A stretch of DNA of 64,000 bases from an uncultured bacterium (GTDB taxonomy: Bacteria > Verrucomicrobiota > Verrucomicrobiia > Limisphaerales > UBA8199): assembly GCA_963749495.1 (NCBI GenBank), contig CAVVMW010000019.1, positions 128,001 to 192,000 of the forward strand, read 5' to 3'. Shown piece after piece: positions 41,378 to 51,160 of this stretch (the stretch's first letter is position 1; every line of letters starts with the position of its first letter). The notes beneath the pieces are model-generated. The model searched no databases and had not been told where the DNA came from. It saw nothing but the letters and a program-made list of their open reading frames with translations. Both the position numbers and the translations under genes were made by a program.

Positions 41378-42439
41378 ATGAATAGGACATCCAAGACAAG
41401 CAACGGGCGAATGCGTTGCCCTAGGCCGGGGAGCGGGCATGCTCCAGTCGGACTTTCTGCCATCCTCGCTGCCTTGGCGCTGGCCGGTCTGGCCGGCCTG
41501 GCAGGCTGCCAGACGGCGCCCCAGGCCCGGGTTGAAGCTCCGGGGAACTTTGCGGCGCAGCAAGCCCCGCCGTCGCCCGGTCAATGGCTGAGCCAGAACT
41601 TCACGCAAACCGCTGCTGCCGCTGCCGCCGGCCAGCAGCCGCTCCCTGCCCCCGCCGGACAGCGCCAGGCAGGGCCCGCGGCGGTGGAACAACCTGCTGC
41701 CAAGACGAGCCCGAACCTCCCCGCGCCGCAGGGCACCGATGCGCCACCCGCCGCCGCCGCGCCGGCAACCGCTAGCGCGCCCGCAGCCACCAACACGCCA
41801 GCCGCCGCTGGGAGTGCGGCAGTCACCAACCTGCCACCCGCCGCCAGTGCTCTGGCAACGGCCAACACGCCCGCAGCCGCCAGCGCTCCTGCAGCCGCCA
41901 GCGCGCCGCCAGGCACCAATGCCCCCGGCACGGCCCAGGCAGAACCGCTCTTGCTTCGTGAAGGCGATGCTGTGCGCATCACTTTTCCCGGCGCGCCAAA
42001 CTTGAGCGGTCTCCAGTTGATCCGCCGCGATGGCAAGGTTACCCTGCCGCTCATCGGCGAGTTCAAGGCGGCCGGTTTGGCCCCCGCCGACATGGCAAAA
42101 CAACTGATCGAGCTCTACCGTCCGCAGCTTCAGGTCCCGGAGGTGACGGTCACCATGGAGTCATCCGCCTATGCGCTCTATGTCATCGGCGCCGTGCTCC
42201 GGCCGGGCAAAATCATGGTGGATCGGCCGATGTCCCCCCTGGAAGCCGTCATGGAGGCCGGCGGCTTCGACTCGACCCGTGCGAATATGAAGGCGGTCAA
42301 AATCATCCGCCACGACCAGGGCCGCACGGAGTACTACACCCTCAACCTGAAACGCGAGCTTCAAGGTAAGTCCTCCTCCGCCTTCATCCTGAAGCCCCTC
42401 GACATCATCTACGTCCCCGAACGGTTCACTTGGTTCTAG
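41378..42439 (+). CDS. Polysaccharide export (OPX/Wza-like) lipoprotein, short form with an Ala/Pro-rich linker
   Basis: Lipobox LAGC; LREGD...IRRDGKVTLPLIG (Poly_export); VIGAVLRPG...AGG (SLBB); LKPLDIIYVP. Confidence 0.88.
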   Translation: MNRTSKTSNGRMRCPRPGSGHAPVGLSAILAALALAGLAGLAGCQTAPQARVEAPGNFAAQQAPPSPGQWLSQNFTQTAAAAAAGQQPLPAPAGQRQAGPAAVEQPAAKTSPNLPAPQGTDAPPAAAAPATASAPAATNTPAAAGSAAVTNLPPAASALATANTPAAASAPAAASAPPGTNAPGTAQAEPLLLREGDAVRITFPGAPNLSGLQLIRRDGKVTLPLIGEFKAAGLAPADMAKQLIELYRPQLQVPEVTVTMESSAYALYVIGAVLRPGKIMVDRPMSPLEAVMEAGGFDSTRANMKAVKIIRHDQGRTEYYTLNLKRELQGKSSSAFILKPLDIIYVPERFTWF

Positions 42440-42688
42440 CCTGGACCCGTCGGAATCATTGACAGATTCTCTGCCCAACCGGTGGCTTTCTATGAGCTTG
42501 CGAATGAACGCGCGGTCATTCGGCGTTGACTCACCTTTGCTGCCGGAGAAGTCAACTCCGGCAAAGGCAGCCCTCATTTCCTTCATCGCCTTGCTCTCGC
42601 GTTCCTCGCGCGGCAAGCGCAATGCCTCCCGCACGACTTGGCTGGCGTCGCCAAATTCACCCGACTTCACCTGCCTGCTGACGAAACC
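42440..42688 (-). pseudogene. 5'-truncated ParD/CC2985-like ribbon-helix-helix antitoxin
   Basis: GFVSRQVKSGEFGDASQVVREALR directly follows a TAA; similar to 52646..52897. Confidence 0.6.
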
Positions 42689-42730
42689 TTATATGAAATC
42701 GACAACCCATAGACCACGCTCGAAACATCG

Positions 42731-42762
42731 AGGCCCAGGCTCATCACCTGGGCCTTTTTTTT
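42731..42762 (+). terminator. Rho-independent terminator-like hairpin
   Basis: AGGCCCAGG-ctcatca-CCTGGGCCT followed by a T run. Confidence 0.7.
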
Positions 42763-42799
42763 GCCTGCGTGCGGCCAGCGTACAGAAAAAAAAGCTTCG

Positions 42800-42968
42800 C
42801 TCCAGAATCCCCGTAATCGAATGTGAAGAGCATTTCGTCTTTGAGCCCCAGATCGGTCTCGCCGACCAAAATTTCCGGCGTGAAAGGGCCTTCGTCGGTG
42901 TAAGGGTGATTATACACCCGGCTCTTGCCGCGCTGGTCGCGGTAGCGGAAGTCGTACAGGTGATCGCC
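42800..42968 (-). pseudogene. Fragment of a pRiA4b ORF-3-like protein
   Basis: Manual translation DHLYDFRY...EMLFTFDYGDS; preceded by an in-frame TGA; no start. Confidence 0.55.
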
Positions 42969-43040
42969 TCAAAATTCCGCCAGTGGTTGCTCAATTGGCC
43001 CAGAAACCGCGGGACCACTTCAATGGGAGGCTCTGGGCAT

Positions 43041-43069
43041 TTGACACCCCTTGCCTGGGCGTTTAACCT
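43041..43069 (+). promoter_or_regulatory. Sigma-70 promoter (leaderless transcript)
   Basis: TTGACA-17 bp-TAACCT, ending 7 bp before ATG 43077. Confidence 0.6.
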
Positions 43070-43076
43070 CGCCCGC

Positions 43077-43490
43077 ATGGGCAAAGTGGTTGTCAAAGTC
43101 AAACTGACCAACTACGTGGAAGAGCAGTTGAAAAAGCTCAAGCTGCTCAAAGGCAAACCGCGCTCGGTTGAGACCGAGGTGCTGGTTGACACCGGGGCCA
43201 CGCGGCTTTATCTGCGGTCGGGCGTGATTCGGGCGCTGGGCTTGCGGAAGGAGGGCGAGGTGGTGTCGCGAACCACCAATGGCTCACGCAAGCGCGCCGT
43301 CTATCAAGCCGCGCGTCTTGAGCTCATGGGGCGAAACGGGGCGTTCCAAGTGGTGGAAGTGGACGACGAGGTGCCCAACCTCCTCGGCCAGATTCCGCTC
43401 GAATACCTGGATCTTGTCGTGGACCCTAAGGGCCAAAAACTCATTCCCAATCCCGAACACGGTGACAAGCAGATGAGCGAAGAGTATTGA
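43077..43490 (+). CDS. Clan AA (retropepsin-like) aspartyl protease
   Basis: MGKVVVKVKLTN, VLVDTGAT, LLGQIPLEYLDLVVDP. Confidence 0.88.
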   Translation: MGKVVVKVKLTNYVEEQLKKLKLLKGKPRSVETEVLVDTGATRLYLRSGVIRALGLRKEGEVVSRTTNGSRKRAVYQAARLELMGRNGAFQVVEVDDEVPNLLGQIPLEYLDLVVDPKGQKLIPNPEHGDKQMSEEY

Positions 43491-43605
43491 GTTATGGAGC
43501 GTGGAACGCCGTCGCATTCGCATCAACCGTGAGTTGGTGTGGCGCCGCGCGCGTATGGGAAATTGCCCCGGCAGGGAAATGCCCGGACTGGTTCCTCCCG
43601 CGTGC

Positions 43606-43647
43606 TTAGCCTTTAGCCTTTAGCCTTTAGCCTTTAGCCTTTAGCCT
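43606..43647. repeat. (TTAGCCT)6 heptamer tandem repeat
   Basis: Six perfect copies; the same unit occurs at 23269-23289. Confidence 0.95.
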
Positions 43648-43830
43648 TTGCCGCACCCGCCGCCTCGTTGAGTTGGGAAAGAGATTTGCCCGCCAAACAC
43701 TGCCCAACGTCCAGGTGTTCCTCTAACGGCGCCGGCCGATGCCGGTGAATCGAGGGACTGTTGTCGGAATCTGAGGTTGTGCCGTTTGGCGGACAGGGGC
43801 ATGAAAGGGTTTCAGCAGCAGGGATACAAC

Positions 43831-43979
43831 CCCTCTCCATGAACCCGTGAGGAGGCCCGCGAGGTTTTGGACTGCGGCAGTCCTCTGCCGCTTTTGTGTC
43901 CCCTCGCTGCCGGCGCGAAAGCGGCAGAGGACTGCCGCAGTCCAAAACCTTCGGACTTGGTGTCGGTTCATGGAGAGGG
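43831..43979. repeat. Nested REP-like palindrome
   Basis: 33-bp perfect inner arms at 43862-43894 and 43918-43950; 15-bp outer arms CCCTCTCCATGAACC and GGTTCATGGAGAGGG; related copy at 48717-48796. Confidence 0.9.
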
Positions 43980-43990
43980 CGTCACCCCTC

Positions 43991-44044
43991 ATGTCCCAAT
44001 CTCTGGGCAACATCGTTGTTCACCTTGTCTTCAGCACCAAAAGC
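43991..44044 (+). pseudogene. N-terminal fragment of an IS200/IS605-type (Y1 HUH) transposase
   Basis: MSQSLGNIVVHLVFSTKS, then runs into palindromic repeats. Confidence 0.65.
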
Positions 44045-44300
44045 CATCTTCCGCCCCTACAGGGCGGAGGAAACGTCTCTTTCGGCGCTTACCTGGGGCT
44101 GCGCGCTGCGCGCTTCACCCCAGGCTTTCACATTGCGGGCCTTCGGCCCTCTCCCCATCCCCGATCCTATCGGGGAAGGGGAGAGGGTTTGGGGTAAGGG
44201 GCCTGCCCGCGCTGCCGCTCCCGCCTTCATTGAGGCCTTACGCCGGACTCGCGGCCGCTATTGACCAGGCGGAGCCAGCCCGTTAAAACAGGGATCCGTG

Positions 44301-47243
44301 ATGCGAATTCCACATTTCAAGTTGGTTGTGATTTTCCTCGCCGTCGCGCTGCCGGTCGGAGCGGCCTCCTATTACACGCAACGTCTGGAAGATCCCAAGG
44401 CGGCGTATGTGACCAGGCCTGGTTCCGGGGATGCCACCACCCTTTTGCAGGAGGCGATCAATCGCGTCCAGGAGACGACCGGCCAGGGCATTGTGCTCCT
44501 CGCCGAAGGCCGCTATCGCGTCACCCACACCCTGTTCATCTGGCCGGGCATCCGCCTGATCGGCTGCGGCGCCACGCGGCCCGTCATCGTTTTGCCTGCC
44601 AACACTCCGGGTTTTCAGGACCCCTCGCGCGAGAAGGTCCTGTTCTTCTTCGCCGGAGGCCGGCCTGGCTTCGGGCGCGGCCGCCAGCGCAACCCGGAGG
44701 CGGCCAATCCCGATGCGCCCGTTCCCGACGCCAATCCCGGCACGTTCTATTCCGCGCTCGCGAACGTCAATATCGAGATCGAGGACGGCAACGCCGGGGC
44801 CGTCGCGGTCCGCGCGCGTTACGCCCAGCACTGCTTTCTCGCGCACATCGATTTTCGGCTCGGGCCCGCGCTGGCGGCGGTTCATGAGGCCGGCAACGCA
44901 GCTGAGGACATCCGCTGCTTTGGGGGACGCTACGCCATCTGGACCTCGAAACCCTCGCCCGGCTGGCAGTTCACCATGATTGATTGCCTTTTTGAAGGCC
45001 AGCGCGAGGCCGCCATATTCGAACGCGAAGCCGGCCTCACCCTCATCCGTCCCCAGTTCCGGCGTGTGCCCACGGCCGTGGCCATCGAACCCGGCTGTGC
45101 CGACGAACTCTGGGTCAAGGACGCCCGCCTCGAAGAGGTCTCCGGCCCGGCGTTCGTTTTCGGCGTCGAGAACAACCCGCGCAACGAGATCAACGTCGAA
45201 GGCGCCGCTTGCCGCGCGGTGCCGGTCTTCGCTGCGATGCGCGACAGCGGCAAACGGTTTGTCGCCCCGCGGGGTAGCGGGCTGAACCTGGGTGCCGCCG
45301 CTTCATCGGACACCTACGTTGTGGAGAGGTTTACCCACGGGCTGCACTACGCGGACATCGGCGCGGCTCCTCAAATTGTGACCTCATTTGGAGCGCATCC
45401 TTGCTCAACGCTGCCCTCGCCCGTCCCGTCCGACCTGCCCGCCCTTCCCGCCTGCGATACCTGGGTGAACTTGCGCGACCTTGGCGCCAAGGGCGACGGC
45501 GTCACCGACGACACGGAGGCGCTTCAAAAGGCCATCGCCGGCCACCGGGCGATTTACCTCCCTTCGGGCTTCTACAGCGTGCGGGACACGCTCACCCTGC
45601 GTCCCGACACGGTACTGATTGGCCTTCACCCCGGCGCGACGCAGCTCATCCTGCCCGATGGCACGCCCGGTTATCAGGGCATCGGTGGTCCCAAGGCATT
45701 GCTCGAGGCGCCCAAAGGGGGCAGCAACATCGTCCTCGGGATCGGCCTCTACACCAGCGGCAACAACCGGCGCGCCGTAGCCGCCCTCTGGAAGGCCGGC
45801 CCCAACTCGATGATGAACGATGTCCGGTTCCTCGGCGGCCACGGCACCCCCAAACCCGACGGCTCCCGCGAGAATCCCTACAACCCCAACCACACCGCCG
45901 ACCCCGACCCCAATCGCCGTTGGGACAGCCAGTTCCCCAGCCTTTGGGTCACCGGCGGCGGCGGCGGCACTTTCCTGGATCTCTGGACCCCGTCCACCTT
46001 CGCCCAGGCCGGCATGCTCGTCTCCGACACCGAGACCGAGGGCCGCGTCTATCAGATGTCGAGCGAGCACCATGTCCGCCACGAGGTCCAAATCCGCAAC
46101 GCCGCCCACTGGCGCTTTTACGCCCTTCAAACCGAGGGAGAGCGCGGCGAGAGCGGTTTCGACCTCCCGCTCGAAATCGAATCGTCTCACGACATCACCC
46201 TCGCCAATTTCCACATCTACCGCGTGATCAGTTCCTTTGGGCCTTTCCCCTGGGCCGTCAAGGTGTCCAACTCCCGCAACGTCCGTTTCCGCAATCTCCA
46301 CTGCTACAGCAACAGCAAAGTGAGCTTCGACGCCGCTGTCTATGACCCGGCGCACAACGCTCAAATCCGCCAGCGCGAGTTCGCCTGGCTCGACCTCTCC
46401 GGCCGCCCGCCGCGACCCGGGTCCGCCGCGCGCTCCTCGGTCCTCGCCCGCGGCGCCAAAGTCGAGAAACTCGCCGACGGTTTCTTCAACATCTCCGGCG
46501 GCGCTGCCGGTCCCCAGGGCGACTTCTACTTTGTCGATGCCCATTGGAACCGCATCTACCGCTGGGACCACGCCTCGCGCCGGCTCTCGACCGTCAGCGA
46601 TTTCCCCCTCGAGCCCGTCAACCTGGCCGTTGACCAGGCCGGCAATGTCCTGGTCGTCTCCTACGCCGGCAAAGGCATCGTCTATACCCTGCAGCCGGGC
46701 CGCGACATCACCCTCCTCAAACCGGAGGCGGTTGCCGCCAGGACCGGAACGACTTTCTTCCTGCCCGCGAGCGACTGGCGCATCAACCGCCAATCGCTCG
46801 CCCACCCCTCGGCCCATTTCATCTCCCCCGATGGCACGATGGTGGTGCCTGCTGGCGCGGACTTTCTCAACGGGGCGATGAGCTGGGGAGTCAAATCCAG
46901 CCCGCAGATCCGTTCCTTCGGCCTGGCTCCGGCGTTGCCCGGGCGGGCTTTTTACGTCACTGACGAAGCCGAACTCACCACCTGGGCGGCCGAGGTGGGT
47001 GCGGATGGAAGCCTCGGTGATTTCCACCTCTTCGCGGACCAGGGAGGCGAAGGCGTGGCCGTTGACTTGCGCGGCAACGTGTACATCGCCGCCGGCCAGA
47101 TCTTCGTCTGCACGCCGGCCGGCAGACTCATCGAGACCATCGAAGTGCCCGAGCGGCCCTTGGGATTGGTCTTTGGCGGTCCTGATCGCAAGACGCTTTT
47201 CATCCCCGCCCGCACCTCGCTCTATTCCGTACACCTGCGATGA
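44301..47243 (+). CDS. Secreted pectate-lyase-3/beta-helix protein fused to an SMP-30/gluconolactonase beta-propeller
   Basis: Signal peptide; LGAKGDGVTDDTEALQKAI...IYLPSGFY; C-terminal GVAVDLRGNVYIA, FGGPDRKTLFI. Confidence 0.85.
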   Translation: MRIPHFKLVVIFLAVALPVGAASYYTQRLEDPKAAYVTRPGSGDATTLLQEAINRVQETTGQGIVLLAEGRYRVTHTLFIWPGIRLIGCGATRPVIVLPANTPGFQDPSREKVLFFFAGGRPGFGRGRQRNPEAANPDAPVPDANPGTFYSALANVNIEIEDGNAGAVAVRARYAQHCFLAHIDFRLGPALAAVHEAGNAAEDIRCFGGRYAIWTSKPSPGWQFTMIDCLFEGQREAAIFEREAGLTLIRPQFRRVPTAVAIEPGCADELWVKDARLEEVSGPAFVFGVENNPRNEINVEGAACRAVPVFAAMRDSGKRFVAPRGSGLNLGAAASSDTYVVERFTHGLHYADIGAAPQIVTSFGAHPCSTLPSPVPSDLPALPACDTWVNLRDLGAKGDGVTDDTEALQKAIAGHRAIYLPSGFYSVRDTLTLRPDTVLIGLHPGATQLILPDGTPGYQGIGGPKALLEAPKGGSNIVLGIGLYTSGNNRRAVAALWKAGPNSMMNDVRFLGGHGTPKPDGSRENPYNPNHTADPDPNRRWDSQFPSLWVTGGGGGTFLDLWTPSTFAQAGMLVSDTETEGRVYQMSSEHHVRHEVQIRNAAHWRFYALQTEGERGESGFDLPLEIESSHDITLANFHIYRVISSFGPFPWAVKVSNSRNVRFRNLHCYSNSKVSFDAAVYDPAHNAQIRQREFAWLDLSGRPPRPGSAARSSVLARGAKVEKLADGFFNISGGAAGPQGDFYFVDAHWNRIYRWDHASRRLSTVSDFPLEPVNLAVDQAGNVLVVSYAGKGIVYTLQPGRDITLLKPEAVAARTGTTFFLPASDWRINRQSLAHPSAHFISPDGTMVVPAGADFLNGAMSWGVKSSPQIRSFGLAPALPGRAFYVTDEAELTTWAAEVGADGSLGDFHLFADQGGEGVAVDLRGNVYIAAGQIFVCTPAGRLIETIEVPERPLGLVFGGPDRKTLFIPARTSLYSVHLR

Positions 47244-47486
47244 CTCCGCCGCGCCGCACCACCCAGGAGGCAGTGCGGGCCAATTTGGGACGCCAACGGC
47301 GTCATTCATACCAGCCCAGGGCAACGCCCTGGGTTTATCGGCCAAAGGCCATTCTGAGCGCTGAAGGCGCGACTCATTGTGCTGAGGGATTGTTGTAGCG
47401 GCCCGGCGATGTCCGTTTGAGGTGCCCTCAGCCAATTCGGCCTTTTTTTTTGCACAAGCCCTTAGCGCGCCAGGCCGCGCCCCGCT

Positions 47487-48551
47487 TCAGTGCCGGGCGG
47501 CCAGCCGCTGCCGCCAGGAAGCGGCGATCTCCTCGAAGATCTGCGTGAGATTGCGGGTCAGGCTCCAATTCGGGAAGTGCGCCCGCATTTTTCGCAGGTC
47601 GCTGTAATAGCAGATATGGTCGCCATCGCGGGCCTGGTCAACGTAGGTATGGACCTGGCGTTTGTTTGTGCAAGCCTCGACGAGTTCAAAGGCCTCAAGG
47701 ATGGAACAAGAGTTGCCTTTGCCGCCGCCCAGGTTATAAACCTCGCCGCACCGCGGGGCCTGGAAAAACTCGAACATGAAACCGGCCACATCCGCCGAGT
47801 GGATGTTGTCCCGCACTTGCTTGCCTTTATAGCCGTATATCTTGTACTGGCGGCCGTCCAGGTTGCACTTGACGAGGTAGCTCAGGAACCCGTGGAGTTC
47901 GACCCCGGAATGATTGGGACCGGTGAGGCAACCCCCTCGCAGGCAGCAGGTGGGCATGCCGAAATACCGCCCATACTCCTGCACCATCACGTCGGCGGCA
48001 ACCTTCGAGGCGCCGAAGAGCGAGTGCTTGGACTGGTCAATGGAAAAGCTCTCCGGGATGCCATTCGCAAACGCCGCGTCCGCGTAGTCCCACCGCTTCG
48101 CCAGCTCCCGGAGCGCGATCGTGTTGGGCCGGTCGCCATAAACCTTGTTGGTGGACATGTGGATGAACGGCGCCTCGGGGCAGAAGCGCCGCGCCGCTTC
48201 CAGCCAGTTGAGCGTGCCCACCGCGTTCACCTCAAAGTCGTCGAATGGGATGCGCGCCGCCAGGTCGTGCGAGGGCTGGGCCGCCGCATGGATGAGGGCG
48301 TCCGGCTTCAGGGCCTTTGCCAACTCGAGCACCCCGGCGCGATCGCGGATGTCCAGTTCGTGGTGTTGAAAATGCGGCAGTTGGTCCCGCAGCCGTTCCT
48401 GGTTCCACCGAGTATTGCCATCCGGACCAAAAAAGACCTCCCGCTGGTTATTGTCCACCCCGTGCACGGCAAAGCCGCGCTGATGGAAGAGCACAGCCAC
48501 TTCCGAACCGATCAAGCCGGACGCCCCCGTTATCAGACAGATTTTGCGCAT
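47487..48551 (-). CDS. NAD-dependent epimerase (CDP-paratose 2-epimerase-like)
   Basis: [40 protein letters not shown]. Confidence 0.88.
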   Translation of the reverse strand: MRKICLITGASGLIGSEVAVLFHQRGFAVHGVDNNQREVFFGPDGNTRWNQERLRDQLPHFQHHELDIRDRAGVLELAKALKPDALIHAAAQPSHDLAARIPFDDFEVNAVGTLNWLEAARRFCPEAPFIHMSTNKVYGDRPNTIALRELAKRWDYADAAFANGIPESFSIDQSKHSLFGASKVAADVMVQEYGRYFGMPTCCLRGGCLTGPNHSGVELHGFLSYLVKCNLDGRQYKIYGYKGKQVRDNIHSADVAGFMFEFFQAPRCGEVYNLGGGKGNSCSILEAFELVEACTNKRQVHTYVDQARDGDHICYYSDLRKMRAHFPNWSLTRNLTQIFEEIAASWRQRLAARH

Positions 48552-48716
48552 TCTGAACCTGTTTTCTCCCCCGAGAGTCAGGACGGCACATCATACGGCC
48601 TTTCCATTCCGGTGGGAAGCATCGTTTTTTCGGAAAGGGAGGGGCTGGGGCGCATCTCACCTGTGTCGAGCCCCGCCGAACCGGGCGATTGGAGTGCGGG
48701 TCCGGAGTCGCGGAGC

Positions 48717-48796
48717 GTTTTGGACTGCGGCAGTCCTCTGCCGCTTTTCGGACGCTGGGGACGCGAAAGCGCCAGAGGACTGGCGCAGTCCAAAAC
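48717..48796. repeat. REP-like palindrome (same family as 43862-43950)
   Basis: GTTTTGGACTGCGGCAGTCCTCTGCCGCTTT...AAAGCGCCAGAGGACTGGCGCAGTCCAAAAC. Confidence 0.85.
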
Positions 48797-48986
48797 CTTG
48801 CGGGCTTCCCGGTCAAGGAGGCGCTCGGGAGCTCCACCGACGTCCTCGCACCTCCTGCTAAAGCCGCGCCGGTAAACCAGAGGTTGAAGCTCCCCAAGGG
48901 AAAGTTTGACCAAGTTCACGATTTGCTGTCAATTTGCTTGCTCGGACATTCAACGCAGGATTTGAAATGCAACCGCCGTCTCTCTT

Positions 48987-49448
48987 ATGAGTGCTGAAGC
49001 CCGCCTGGAGCAACTCAGGCTCCAACTGCCGCCCGCGCCCAAGCCGGTCGGTGTCTATAAACCGCTGCTGGTCCTGGGCAATCTTGCCTATGCCTCGGGT
49101 CATGGTCCGTTCAAGCCGGACGGCTCGCTTGTCGTCGGCCGGGTGGACCGGGACCTGGATTTGGCCGCCGGCAAAGCGGCGGCGCGACTGACCGGCCTGG
49201 CCATTCTGGCCAGCTTGCGCCAGGTCCTGGGCAGCCTCGACCGGGTGGAACAGGTCGTGAAGGTCCTTGGGATGGTCAATTGCACGCCGGAATTTCGCGA
49301 TCATCCGCAGGTGATCAACGGGTGCAGCGAACTGTTCGCGGAGATCTGGGGACCGGACAAAGGTGTCGGCGCTCGCAGCGCCGTGGGCATGGCCTCGCTG
49401 CCGGGCAATATCGCCGTCGAGATTGAGGCCATCTTCTCAATCAAGTAG
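48987..49448 (+). CDS. RidA/YjgF family protein
   Basis: LPPAPKPVGVY, YASGHGP, VINGCSEL, GARSAVGMASLP...VEIEAIF. Confidence 0.9.
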   Translation: MSAEARLEQLRLQLPPAPKPVGVYKPLLVLGNLAYASGHGPFKPDGSLVVGRVDRDLDLAAGKAAARLTGLAILASLRQVLGSLDRVEQVVKVLGMVNCTPEFRDHPQVINGCSELFAEIWGPDKGVGARSAVGMASLPGNIAVEIEAIFSIK

Positions 49449-49524
49449 AGACCTCCGCCCGTCCGTGCTGTAACGATCTGCGCGCCAGCCACCCCCGATA
49501 CGGTTTGCCAGTTGCCGAGTCAGG

Positions 49525-50907
49525 ATGGAAACTCACGCCACAAACCCGAAATCCTCTCCACGGGCTTGGTTTGAAGGGGCCGACACAGCCTCAATCACGT
49601 TCGATGCTCACCTGGATTTGGCCATGAACGCAATGGAATGGAACCGTGATTTGACCCGGCCCATTCAGGCAATCCGGCAACGCGAGCACGGGCTGGGCGA
49701 CAAACCGGACCGCGGTCGAGGCACCGTCTGTTTTCCTGAAATGCGGCGAGGCGCAGTCGGCCTCTGTGTCGCCACCCAAATCGCGCGGTATGTCAAACCG
49801 ACAAACCCCCTGCCCGGCTGGGATAGTCCCGCCCAGGCCTGGGCGCAAACCCAAGGCCAGTTGGCTTGGTATCAGGCGATGGAAGAAACCCGACAGATGG
49901 TCCGCATCACCGAGCGGGCAGGACTGGAAAAGCACCTTGAGCTTTGGCGGTCCTGGCTGGCTCGCAAGCAAGAACCAGGCGATGCTAATGCGGCGCATCC
50001 TGACACTGCCCCCGGAGTGCGCCCGTCCCCGGGCGCAGCAGCGACGGAGCGGGCAAGCGCGCTGGAGTGTTTGACCGCTGCCCTGGCTGCGGACGTTGCT
50101 GCGCCCGAGGACGGGCGCACTCCGGTCCGGCCCCCGACAGTGGGGGCAGCGTCGGGATGCGCCCATGCCAACGCGCAGCAGACGGCCGACTCGGTCCTGG
50201 ATCAACCCGCCATTGGTTATGTCTTGAGCCTGGAAGGCGCGGACTCGCTCCTGAGCGTGCAACACGTGGAGCGGGCCTACGCACAAGGCTTGCGAGCGAT
50301 CGGGCCCGCCCATTACGGACCAGGCACTTATGCGCAGGGCACCGATGCGTCCGGAGGCCTCGGCACAAAGGGCAGGCAACTGCTCAAAGCGATGCAGCAG
50401 CTTGGAATCATACTCGATGTCACCCACCTCTGTGACGAGAGCTTTTGGGAGGCGGTGGACCTGTTCCCCGGTCCGGTCTGGGCCAGCCATTCCAATTGCC
50501 GGGCACTGGTGCCCCACCCACGGCAGCTTTCCGACGAGCAAATCAAATGCCTCATCCAGCGCGGTGCGGTTATCGGGATAGCCCTGGATGCCTGGATGCT
50601 GGTCCCCGTCTGGGTCCGGGGCCAGACGACGCCCCAGGCAACGGGTCTGACACTGGAGCGGTTCGTGGACCACGTTAACCACATCTGCCAGGTCGCTGGC
50701 AGCGCGCTGCACGTGGGGATTGGCTCGGACCTCGACGGCGGCTTTGGGCGAGAGCAAACACCGGTGGATTTGGACACTATCGCCGATCTGGCGCGATTGC
50801 CGGGCATGCTCAGGGCACGGGGTTATGGCGATGACGACATTGACCAAATCAGGCGCGGCAATTTCATCCGCCTTCTGAGAGAAGCCTGGCCTGGAAGGCC
50901 CCCGTGA
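49525..50907 (+). CDS. Membrane dipeptidase (peptidase M19) with an in-frame palindromic insertion
   Basis: FDAHLDLA, LSLEGAD, LDVTHL, WASHSN, IGSDLDG; a low-complexity insert interrupts the domain. Confidence 0.88.
   Translation: METHATNPKSSPRAWFEGADTASITFDAHLDLAMNAMEWNRDLTRPIQAIRQREHGLGDKPDRGRGTVCFPEMRRGAVGLCVATQIARYVKPTNPLPGWDSPAQAWAQTQGQLAWYQAMEETRQMVRITERAGLEKHLELWRSWLARKQEPGDANAAHPDTAPGVRPSPGAAATERASALECLTAALAADVAAPEDGRTPVRPPTVGAASGCAHANAQQTADSVLDQPAIGYVLSLEGADSLLSVQHVERAYAQGLRAIGPAHYGPGTYAQGTDASGGLGTKGRQLLKAMQQLGIILDVTHLCDESFWEAVDLFPGPVWASHSNCRALVPHPRQLSDEQIKCLIQRGAVIGIALDAWMLVPVWVRGQTTPQATGLTLERFVDHVNHICQVAGSALHVGIGSDLDGGFGREQTPVDLDTIADLARLPGMLRARGYGDDDIDQIRRGNFIRLLREAWPGRPP
49992..50163. 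repeat. Intragenic nested inverted repeat
   Basis: Outer GGCGCATCCTGACACTGCCCCC / GGGGGCAGCGTCGGGATGCGCC; inner GGAGTGCGCCCGTCCCCGGGCGCAGCA / TGCTGCGCCCGAGGACGGGCGCACTCC. Confidence 0.85.
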
Positions 50908-50929
50908 TGGAGGGAGCGGCCTCGCGGGC

Positions 50930-51079
50930 AACCCCTCACCCCAACCCTCTCCCCATCCGATGGGGAGAGGGAGAATTCTCCGTAGCGTCTTGAGGAAGCG
51001 GAGACCCCAGGAAATTCCAGAGACTGCCGAGGCTTCTCCCTCTCCCCGTCGGACGGGGAGAGGGTCGGGGTGAGGGGTT
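50930..51079. repeat. REP-like inverted pair (CCCCTCACCC...CCCTCTCCCC..GGGGAGAGGG family)
   Basis: Between convergent genes; related units at 24582-24643 and near 44148-44202. Confidence 0.85.
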
Positions 51080-51160
51080 CCCCGGGGACTCAATCTCCCC
51101 CTGCACTGACCGGTTACCCTGGCCTGGAAACGGCGGTTGACGGCAAAGCGCGCCTTGGAC

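Noticed and set aside
42459..43076. N-terminal extension of the 343-aa ORF 42459..43490
   Set aside because: It runs across a terminator and opposite-strand relics; the real start is ATG 43077, which has its own promoter.
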